This document shows positions 37,837 to 50,300 of a DNA stretch of 64,000 nucleotides, piece by piece (the first letter of the stretch is position 1; every line of letters starts with the position of its first letter). The DNA lies in assembly GCF_006345805.1 (NCBI RefSeq), contig NC_043013.1:26102001-26166000 (forward strand). Reading direction: 5' to 3'. Below the pieces are notes generated by a model, which saw only the letters and a list, made by a program, of their open reading frames with translations, did no database searches and had not been told where the DNA came from. The translations under genes and the position numbers were made by a program. The stretch is from Octopus sinensis (taxonomy: Eukaryota).

Positions 37837-40800
37837 TCACTTCAGAAATGTAACCACATGTGGATTGTGGGCAATTTTTCCCCCTTGCTCTTTGAACTTT
37901 CCTCTTTCCAGTGAAGTGCTATGCTCAAAATGTTAACAACTCTCTCCTTTCACCAAGCAATCAAATTAATATATTTCTTGTGCTTGTCCTCACATTCATT
38001 TTATTCTTTTTTCTCTGATTTTTGTTTGTTCTTTGAATTGACTACACTCACACAAACACACATATATATGGAAATAATTGAGATTCAGTTCAATTAGGTA
38101 TCTAAGTTGAAGCACCAATCAGTGTGGTATTATCCATACAACTCAAAGTAAGGTGAATAAAATCAAAACAAGCAACAGGATATCAAGATGTGATGCAGTA
38201 CAACTGTTTCAAGCAGCTCCATTTAATTGAACAATGCAATCATTACATCAATTAAAATACACACACACACACACACACACACATATAATAAAAAATACAC
38301 ATTAAGGACAGGACATCATCAGCATGGCATCGAGCTTCTCAGTAATTTGTCAGTTCTTATTTGGTATTACTGCCCTCCAAGACAAGTTGGACATATATAA
38401 CTCAGGCATTTCACTTTGGGCAGAGAATTTATTGTCTGGGTATTCTTTCTCATGAAATGGCATTTGGATAATAAGGAGAGGAAGAAGCTCTAATGCTCTT
38501 AAAATATGAATGCGGAAACGAATTTTTCCTGCCTCTAAAACTAAAGCTTACTTGCAACGGTAACACAATAACTAATATAACATCTTCTTTCTAAAGACAA
38601 CTATGACATTAAAACAAGAAATCTTTGAAACCAGAATATGCAGTAGGATGAGAAACTGGTGAAGTTAATAGAAATGTCCTATAAGAGAACGAAGATATGT
38701 TCTTTTGATATTTTCACTGAAAAAAACTTGATAACGCATGCAGTATTTATACACACACAAACACGCACACACACATAACTACATTTATACATTTACATAC
38801 ATATAAACAATATATCACTCTTTATATATTACTCTTTTATTTGCTTCAGTCATTTGACTGTGGCCATGCTAGAGCACTGCCTTTAGTTGAACAAATCAAC
38901 CCCAGGACTCATTCTTTGTACTTATTCTACCTTGTACTTATTCTATCGCTCTCATTTGCTGAACTGCTGAGTTATGGGGGATGTAAACACACCAGCATCA
39001 GTTGTCAAGTGATAGTGGGGGGACAAACACAGACACACATATTATATATATATATATATATAATGTTGAAGCATTCCTGTCACAATCTGAACCTGATGAA
39101 TGCTTAAATGCAAGAAAGTATACTAGTTCAATGAGAATAAACATTTAATATTTAATTTTCAATATTTCATTTGTTCAATAAGACAATCAATATTTCATTT
39201 CTTTCTTACTATATATTCTACATTCTATATCCTATATTAATATTAGCCAAAGATAAACCTCTGTACCTGGCTTTCATTGACATGGAGAAAGCCTCTGACA
39301 GGGTCCCCAATCCCTTATCTTGTGGTCAATGAGGAAACTAGGGATAGATGAATGGTTAGTGAGAGCTGTGTGAGCCATGTACAGAGACACTGTCACTAAG
39401 GTGAGGGTTGGCAACAAGTACAGTGAAGAATTCCAGGTAGAGGTAGGGGTCCACCAACGTTCAGTCCTATTTATCATAGTCCTCCAAGCAATAACAGAGG
39501 AATTCAAGACAGGATGCCTCTGGGCACTCCTCTAGGCTGATGACCTTGCTCTAATTGCTGAGTCACTATCAGAACTAGAGAAGTTTCATGTGTGGAAGCA
39601 AGGATTAGAACTGAAGGGCCTTAGAGTCAACTTAGCTAAAACCAAAGTACTAATAAGTAGGAAGGTAGACAAATCACAAATCCCTTCAGGTAGATGGCCC
39701 TGCTCGATCTGTAGTAAAGGCATAGGTAGAAACTCTATAATATGTACTCAGTGTAAGCTATGGACACATAAGAGGTGCAGCAATGTCAAAGGAAGGCTAA
39801 CTAAGAAGATAGTTTTTGTATGTGGCAGATGCTCAGGAGCAATAATCACTGAAAATGTGCAGAGAACAACTTCTGCCACATTCCAGGGAGAAAAACTAGA
39901 AGTAGTTGATAGCTTCCATTACCTACATGAGCAAGTCAGTAGTGGGGGAGGGTACTCTGAAAGCGTAACTGCTAGAATAAGAATAGCCTGGGAAAACTTC
40001 AGAGAGCTCTTACCTCTGCTGGTGACAAAGGGCCTCTTGCTCAGAGTAAAAGGCAGGCTGTATGACGCATGTGTACGAACAGCCATGCTACATGGCAGTG
40101 ACACATGGGCCATGACTGCTGAGGATATGCGTAAGCTCACAAGAAATGAAGCCAGTATACTCCGATGGATGTGTAATGTCAGTGTACATACTCAGCAAAG
40201 TGCAAGTACCTTGAGAGAAAAGTTGGACCTAAGAAGCATCAGTTGTGGTGTGCAAGAGAAACGATTGCACTGGTATGGTCATGTGGTGAGCATGGATGAG
40301 GATAGCTGTGTGAAAAAGTGCCACACCCTAGTGGTTGAGGGAACCTGTGGAAGAGGTAGACCCAGGAAAACCTGGGATGAGGTGGTGAAGCACGACCTTC
40401 AAACATTAGGCCTCACCGAGGCAATGACTAGTGACTGAGACCTTTGGAAATATGCTGTGCATGAGAAGACCCGGCAAGACAAGTGAGACCATAACCTGTG
40501 GCCTTTACCAGGGGTGTAGCCAGTCCACTTATGCATACCTTTCCTATGGACACAAAACTCTGCTTGTGGAGACCTGTTGAGTCAAGTGAAATTGAAATCA
40601 AAATTGAATTCGAAATTGAACCAAATTCGACTGGCACCCATGCCAACCTTCCTTCATTGGACACTAAACTCTGCTTGCAAAGACCTTTTGGGGCAAGTGA
40701 AATCGAACCAAATTCAATGACTGGCACCCGTGCCAGTCGGTCACTAACAGCTTCATCCGAGCAGGATCACTGCCAGAGCAGCTGCCTGGCTTCTGTGCCG

Positions 40801-41255
40801 GTGGCACGTAAAAAGTACTATGTAAGCGTGATCGTTACCTGTGTTGCCTTTCTGGCACTTGTGCCGGTGGCATGTGAACAAAACATTTGAGTGAGGTCAT
40901 TGCCAGTGCCACTGGACTGACTCCTGTGCAGGTGGCACATAAAAAACAGCATTTGAGTGTGGCCATTGCCAGTACCACCAGACAGACCCTCGTGCCGGTG
41001 GCATGTAAAAGCACCCACTACACTCTCAGAGTGGTTGGCATTAGGAAGGGCATCCAGCTGTAGAAACTCTGCCAGATCAGATTGGAGCCTGGTGCAGCTA
41101 TCTGGTTCACCAGTCCTCAGTCAAATCGTCCAACCCATGCTAGCATGGAAAGCAGACGTTAAATGATGATGATAATAAATAACATATAAAAAACATACAG
41201 AGTTGGAATTCCTTTGAGTAATATATTATTTTATACACAATCATACAAACCCCTT

Positions 41256-41329
<74 letters not shown>

Positions 41330-44300
41330 GATGGGTTTCTTTCAGTTTCTGTCTACCAAATCCACTGCTAACAAGGCTTTGGTTGACCCAAGGCTGTAAT
41401 AGAAGATACATGCCCAAGGTGCCATGCAGTGGGACTGAACCCAGAACCATGTGGTTGGTGAGCAAGCTACTTACCTTACTCCTGCACCTACATCACACTG
41501 TCATCACACAGGATATTCTCTTTATTATTTCTAAAACTCTTTATATCAGAAAATATATGAACAACTGTGTTGGCAACACTGGCACCAGTACCACTGCTGT
41601 AGCAACCATTGCTGCCACCATTACCACCACCACCACCACCACCACCACCATCAAACTTTACTCTCTTTTTCATACAGATATATATTGGATAGTTCATCAA
41701 AGCAACATCTCTCTCTAAATTTCTATTATACTATTACATCTCATCTGTGAATCTCACTATTTTCAGATCTTCATTCCAAGTTCTTCCTTATTCTGCTTCC
41801 AGCAGACTACCCTCATCTTTTTTACACAGAATTCATAACCACTAAACACTAGATTAGTTTTGATGAAATAATTTTGAGACAATATTTACCTGGTGTATTT
41901 CTTCTGTAAATATTCCAATCACCCACACAATAAGAAACCATTCTAGATAAAAAATCTGAGGTTTCAGCTCAACAAGTAACACATAGCTATAGAGGCCAAG
42001 GAAAATTATATAAAATATCTGAAAGAAAAAAAGAATTTGAGAAAAATTAAATTTATTGTCGCAAGGATTTGATGACAAATACTTGATTATATTCAAACAA
42101 AGGGAACACATGAGAAAAGATTAAAAACTGAAAACCCATTTTTATTTTCTCTCATGTGTTCTTTTTATATCTGCTGTGTTTAAATGTAAACAATAAACTA
42201 GAAGGGTGTAAGTAAAATTGTCAAAATCTATGCTTTGAGCATGTATAAATGTGAATGCGTGCGTACATGAATATGTGTGTTCTTTTGTATGAAGGTACAT
42301 AAGTGTATGGGTGTCTGCATGTCAGCACAATCATGAACATGAGTATATGTGTGTATATGTATGTATATGTGTATGTCTTGATATATCTGTACATATGTAA
42401 ATGTGTGTGTATATGTGTGCATATTGTCTGTGTATATGAATATTTACATATGTGTACTTTCTATCAAATGAAACACAGTTTTGTTGTTAAGAAGATCATT
42501 TTGTAATCCTGCTGCCACAGGTTCAATCCTACAACATGGAATCTTGAGCAAGTATCTTCTACCATAATCTCAGAGCGACCAAAACAGGGTGAGTAAATTT
42601 TATGTTATGAGAAAGAAACAAAGTTTTAATATTTCAAACTCTTCTCCTTCTTTACAGAGAGAAAGGGAAGGAGAGAGAGAGAGAGAGAGAGAGAGAGGAA
42701 GATAGAGAGATTATCATTTTGTTTAGCTTCATAATTATTAATGCAGATACAAATAAAGGGGAGAAATAACAACTGGAACATTCATTGTTGGAGCCTAAAG
42801 AGGAGAAACCTAAAGAGGAGAAGTGAATGATGGTGTTTAGTATATGAGAGGAACTGAATATCCAGAAAGGAACAGAGGCTGTATTTTTACAATTCTAAGG
42901 ATTAAAATGCTACAAAAATGGAATTATTAAAATAGCAATTAAAACTATTTTCTCTTTAACTAAGACAGTGAAGTAATATTAATTTCAAATTTTGGTACAA
43001 GGCCAGCAATTTCAGGGATGAGTAAGTCAATTACATTGATTGACCCCAGTGCTCAACTGGTACTTATTGACCTCAAAAGGATGAAATATAAAGTCAACCC
43101 TGGCTGAATTTGAACTCTGAATGTAAAAACAAGAAATGTCACAAAGCATTTTGCCCAGTGCAGCAACGATTCTGCTCGCTCACCACTTTAGACAATGAAG
43201 TAATATTAATTTCTGAGGTATAAGGGATCAAAGGTTAGGGGCTGGTGTAGTCATTTAAAACAGCACCAGCATTTGACTGATACATTATATTACTGACCCC
43301 AGAAGGATGAAGGATGAATATAGAATGAAGAAAGGCTCTAACTAAAATCATCTGATTGTCTGATTTTCATCTAATTCTATCAAGAAATATTAAAAACAAA
43401 TTAACTCATTTAAATATGCTCACATTTCAGTGAAGTTTAATAGCCAAAATACCTTCTCAAAAATCTTCAACCTTATTCATTTAGTTTTAACCTTAAATCT
43501 TTGTCCTTATTCATCTAGTTTTAAAGGTGTTATTCAAAAGAAGGGCAGTGAGAAATTGGAAGAAGAAATTGAGCACTTTAGTAAAATTTGTTTTAAAAAG
43601 GTAATATTTTCTTTTCTCTTAAAATTTATTTGAAAGGAAAATTTACCCACACAAAGAAACATTTAAAATATTTACGTGTTGGTACATACCAAATTGCTCA
43701 AAAACTTTATGATAGGAGCATTATAAAATGATGCACATCTGCAGAACATACGGCAACATCTTCCACATGGCTTGCAACAACATCTAGATATGAATTAGAA
43801 TCATTTATTTTACTAATTAATAATAAATTGCAAATAATTTTGTGTGTGTGTGTGTTATACCATCTAATCATAAAATATACAATTGTAACATGAAAACCAT
43901 CTCTAACAGACAAGCAGGTAACTAAAACCATCCCCTTGTCACTATACATCACTGATGCAGCCAAATCTCATAGGCTCAAATCATTCATGTGCAGCAGCAA
44001 AATCAAACAATGTGAACATTTGGTAAACCTCATCCAATTTCACTAATTGGAGCAGATTATGCCCATCACAGTAACAATCTATTTCAGCACATCATATCAG
44101 ATCTTAATCTAGATAACTCCAGCAGTACCATATCTACTCTTGTGTGGATATACACTCTGCCAGTTAGTCTGTTTGCCATTCCTTCAAGTACAGCACCAAA
44201 AATAACGAATAACAACGCTGGAGTGAGTACATAGCCTTGCTTTACACTATGGGTGACTGGAAAGTGGGATGAACTGTCACTTCCAAGAGAGAATGTGGAA

Positions 44301-47300
44301 AACATACTATTATGAACCCACTTGAATATCTCCACAAATATATCAGGACACCCATATCTTTTGAGAATGGTTTATAAGCTTTGCTCTCTACATGGTTGAA
44401 AACCTTTATAAATTTAAGAAATATGACAAAAAGTGAGACCTGTTATTCTATTAACTTTACTTGAATTACTTACAAGGTGAAAATCATATTGCTCTATATT
44501 TGTCAGTAGGTCCAGGCTAGTAATTTAGAAATTTTCAAGGAGACACTCCAAATCCTCACAAAAAATTCTTCAGGAACAGTTTAATAGCTTTCTAAAATGT
44601 TGCTACTAACACTTTATGATAGCATGTTTCTTGGTGCAGATATGCAAGTCAGCCTTACTCCTCATTAGTGTGTTACCATCTTTCAGGAGATTGTGCACCT
44701 CTTTCTCAATGATATAGAAGAACTTCACATTTTGAAAATCAGCAATGGTATGAACTTCATCCAGCTTCTTATCCCACCGTCTGATAGAGCACTTCCTATT
44801 GACGAAAAGATTTTCTGTCTTTGAGTGAAGCTGGTAGTAAGCTGTGTATCCCATACATTAAAAACAGATTAGTGGTGCCTTCAACGTTTTGATAACAGTT
44901 GTTCTATCTCTGTCAGTCAGCATACATTTTGAGAAACTGAATGAGGCAGCAGCTACTCAGAAGACTCTCTCTTCAGCTGAACCTATCAAGCTGGTGCAGT
45001 GTAAGGTAGCACTTTTAATTGGTTGGTCATATTCACTGAAATTACATGTTTCTACATTTTCTTACGTTGCTGACATTCAGTTATTCTGGTGCAATTTTGC
45101 TGATTTTTCTTACACTTTCATCTCACAAATTTGTTGAAAAAAAGCTGCAATAATTATGCACCAACGCAATACTATATAAATACTTGAATGATTTGTGAAG
45201 AACACTACATAATAGTTGATGCTATGGCTGTGTAACTAAGGAATTCCCAGCTATGTAGTTTTGGGGTCAGCCCCACTGTGTAGCACATTGAGTAAGGGCC
45301 TTCTATTATAGCCATAAGCTGACCAATGCCTCATACACTATAGTGAATAAATTTGATGGACAGAAACTGTTTTTTCCTTTTGCTAAACAGTGTGTGTGTG
45401 TGTGTGTGTGTGTTATACCATCTAATCATAAAATATACAATTGTAACATGAAAACCATCTCTAACAGACAAGCAGGTAACTAAAACCATCCCCTTGTCAC
45501 TATACATCACTGATGCAGCCAAATCTCATAGGCTCAAATCATTCATGTGCAGCAGCAAAATCAAACAATGTGAACATTTGGTAAACCTCATCCAATTTCA
45601 CTAATTGGAGCAGATTATGCCCATCACAGTAACAATCTATTTCAGCACATCATATCAGATCTTAATCTAGATAACTCCAGCAGTACCATATCTACTCTTG
45701 TGTGGATATACACTCTGCCAGTTAGTCTGTTTGCCATTCCTTCAAGTACAGCACCAAAAATAACGAATAACAACGCTGGAGTGAGTACATAGCCTTGCTT
45801 TACACTATGGGTGACTGGAAAGTGGGATGAACTGTCACTTCCAAGAGAGAATGTGGAAAACATACTATTATGAACCCACTTGAATATCTCCACAAATATA
45901 TCAGGACACCCATATCTTTTGAGAATGGTTTATAAGCTTTGCTCTCTACATGGTTGAAAACCTTTATAAATTTAAGAAATATGACAAAAAGTGAGACCTG
46001 TTATTCTATTAACTTTACTTGAATTACTTACAAGGTGAAAATCATATTGCTCTATATTTGTCAGTAGGTCCAGGCTAGTAATTTAGAAATTTTCAAGGAG
46101 ACACTCCAAATCCTCACAAAAAATTCTTCAGGAACAGTTTAATAGCTTTCTAAAATGTTGCTACTAACACTTTATGATAGCATGTTTCTTGGTGCAGATA
46201 TGCAAGTCAGCCTTACTCCTCATTAGTGTGTTACCATCTTTCAGGAGATTGTGCACCTCTTTCTCAATGATATAGAAGAACTTCACATTTTGAAAATCAG
46301 CAATGGTATGAACTTCATCCAGCTTCTTATCCCACCGTCTGATAGAGCACTTCCTATTGACGAAAAGATTTTCTGTCTTTGAGTGAAGCTGGTAGTAAGC
46401 TGTGTATCCCATACATTAAAAACAGATTAGTGGTGCCTTCAACGTTTTGATAACAGTTGTTCTATCTCTGTCAGTCAGCATACATTTTGAGAAACTGAAT
46501 GAGGCAGCAGCTACTCAGAAGACTCTCTCTTCAGCTGAACCTATCAAGCTGGTGCAGTGTAAGGTAGCACTTTTAATTGGTTGGTCATATTCACTGAAAT
46601 TACATGTTTCTACATTTTCTTACGTTGCTGACATTCAGTTATTCTGGTGCAATTTTGCTGATTTTTCTTACACTTTCATCTCACAAATTTGTTGAAAAAA
46701 AGCTGCAATAATTATGCACCAACGCAATACTATATAAATACTTGAATGATTTGTGAAGAACACTACATAATAGTTGATGCTATGGCTGTGTAACTAAGGA
46801 ATTCCCAGCTATGTAGTTTTGGGGTCAGCCCCACTGTGTAGCACATTGAGTAAGGGCCTTCTATTATAGCCATAAGCTGACCAATGCCTCATACACTATA
46901 GTGAATAAATTTGATGGACAGAAACTGTTTTTTCCTTTTGCTAAACAGTGTGTGTGTGAGTGTGTGTGTGTATGCACATGCATGTGTGTGCATTTTTGTG
47001 TTTGTGTTTCAGTGTTTTAAATTGTTTATATTCCTGTAACATAGCATTTCAGCAAAACATGACATATTAAGAACCAAACTTGAAATAAGTAATGACATCA
47101 GTTTGATTGACTAAACCCTTCAAAGTGGTGCTCCAGCATGGTTACAGTTCAACAACTGGAATAAGTAATTAAGTATAATCTTTAAAGTTCAGAGTTTTAG
47201 AAAGTAAAGTGTTTCATGAATTACACGAAACTGTGCAGTTATGTGTTATGAAGTTGATCAACAAATGAATTTATCCCTGGATAAGATACTAATCCATTGT

Positions 47301-50300
47301 AAATGACTTACTTTGCTCAGTGGAACACCTCTTTTTAAATGGAGCAATATTGAATTGGCTTACCAAGAAATAAACACACACAAACACATGCATTTCCGTG
47401 TTTAGAAATATTCATTAAAATTTTCACACAAATACAAGAAAAGAAATAAAATAATAAAATTAAAGATGTAGAATATTCACTGTTTTCTGGCATAGACGTA
47501 GAATTTTTCAGATCAAAATTTGCAGCCATAAAAGTTAGGTTGACCTCTACACTAAGTTGAGTTTGGAGGACCAAAAATTCCATATGAAATGCAGCAGGAT
47601 TTGAAAAGATAGTGAAGCTGTTTCAATGTTTACATGTTTAGACTATGTGCTATGCTGAGTTATTTGTCAGAAAATATAGTCAAAGAAACAATATTCTGCA
47701 CTGACACAGCAACAAGTCAAAATTTCATTAAATAGTAGCTTGTCAATTGATTCAACCCTAATATATAGATGGTACTTATGTTAGCAATCACAGAAAACAT
47801 TTGAAAATCAAAATTTTGGCCAGTGGAAAGCATAACAGTCTTGTTTCATCATTAGGTTAAAAGTGTAATACTCAGACATATGTGATGACTGGAAGAATGA
47901 TATTGTAAAGAGTTGGTGTTACAGGGAGAGTAGATGAGAGAATTAGTAGCAAGTCAGGCTACATAATGGTGATATTTAAGTGAATAAGTAGAAACTGCTA
48001 AGACTAGTGATAATCGGCATCACAAGTGGAATAAGTTAGTTTGCCAAGAGACATGGGGAGGGTCTGACATTTTCTGAAGTAGTAAACATGAAGACAGTTT
48101 TTCGAAATCAGTGACAGTAGTTACTAGAAAAACCCATAAGTATTTGCAAACAGGTCTTCCTTTTCATCGTAAACCAGTGATTACCATGTGTTGACAAGAG
48201 GCAAACACCTCAAAACTGCAGTCCATACGTATCACTTAGGCTTACGAGAGAGGGATGACCTCCCTTTGCAAATACCATAAGAGCACAGATAGTGTGCCTA
48301 AAGCCAGCTGGAGACGATGATATCCTGGGGCTAATAGCTACAGTAACACCCACCCTTAGTGGTTAGCCATATTGATGGCTAGTACACTTTACGTTGTCAA
48401 GCGGTTACTGTTTACATCTCGTTCAGAGATTTATTATTGCTAAACATTCTTAATAAGGAATTAAATGTGTTGTGTGTCCTGAAGTCAGTAACATCTATGG
48501 GAGAGGGTCAATAATTGGTATGTTAGGTCTCAAATGAAAGGATATTTGCAAGTCAGAGACAAATCAACAACAATGGATGACATGTAGTAAAAAAAATTTC
48601 AGATGTGACAAGTGGTACTATGTATGATTAATATCTTCTTGATAATCATAAAAAGAAATACAACTTACGATTTGTTGGTTTCTTTATTGTTGTCCTGCAA
48701 ATATGAATGGAGGTATAACTTACGAATATGTAATAGTTCTGTTTTATTATGTTTTGTTGTCTACATGTTAAGGTATCATCATCATCAGCATCATCATTTA
48801 GCGTCCGCTTTCCATGCTAGCATGGGTTGGACGATTCAACTGGGGTCTGGGAAGCCAGAAGGCTGCACCAGGCTCAGTCTGATCTGGCAATGTTTCTACA
48901 GCTGGATGCCCTTCCTAACGCCAACCACTCCGTGAGTGTAGTGGGTGCTTTTTACGTGCCAGACGGGGCTGGCAAACGGCCATGGTTGGATGGTGCTTTT
49001 TACGTGCCACCGGCATGGGGGCCAGGCGAGGCTGGCAACGGCCACGATCGGATGGTGCTTTTTACATACATATATATATATATATACACTCAAAAAAAAA
49101 TTTATCAATGGCCAGCATATTAAAAAATACCTTTAAAGGTTAAATTTATAAACAACTTTATAATATAAGGTATATTTACAGTTAATATTATCACAGTAAT
49201 ATCCTCAGATTTCTGGTAATGTTATATCTATAACGTGTTTAAGCTTCCATATTTAAGCTTTCATTGTAACTATAGACTTTGTATGATAAGAACTGAATTT
49301 ATTATTTTAATACTGGAACATAAAGAGAATGTTGCAAGTAAGAGGTGTCAGCCATCTCATGTGATCAAACTGAAATGCTTGACAGGAGATCCAATTTTTC
49401 CTGTCAATATATCCAATGCAGAATAATATTCTAATAGTGTTCTGGTTACAGTGACTCTCCTGCAAAAGAGTTGCATATATTGCTTCAATCAAGTCAGAAG
49501 CTAAGAAAATGGAACTTGCAACATGTTCAGATAAAATTGGTCTCTTGATAGAAACGTTTTATAACAAAAATTTGATGATTCTAATTTTAAATGTTGCAAG
49601 ACATAGTATTTTGATAAGAAAACCAATATATTTGTACTAATATGTCATCAAAGAATTTTACGACAATACTATTATGATAATATTTCTGAGATTATTAGTA
49701 ATCAGAAGCTATGACAGTAATAAAGTAACAGACATTACCTGCTTGTCCTTGTCATGAAAATGTATAAAAAATATAAACAATGGACACAATATACAGAGTA
49801 GCAACTGAAAGAAGAATAAAAATAAGAAACTGTTATTTTCATTAAAAAAAACGGAGAAATATTCAAGGATGCACTTAATATAAAAACCTGATAGTAAAGT
49901 TGGTATCAATATATAAAATAATGAAAATCAATTGAAAATTGACAGTGAACAATGCAACTTGAAATGAATATGATGTTGGCAGAATAATGTCAACTCTGGA
50001 CCTGTTGATACAATAATACCAAGTTGAGTATCATTCTTCATCTATTGCCATTATAATGACAACAGTGGATATGTCACAGTAATACCATAATGAGATCCTC
50101 TCTACTGCATTATGTGGTCTTCTCATTAAAATAGGGAATTTTCAAGAAGCATTCTTAGAAAGATCTCTCTTGATACATTTATTTGGTTTGTGTTTGCTTA
50201 TGGAATTAACAATAGATATCAGGTATCCATTGGTCTCAAGAACCTTTAGGAACTGAGCAACATGTGCAACCTGGCTGCTGTTGTCACTGTATCTTTGGTG

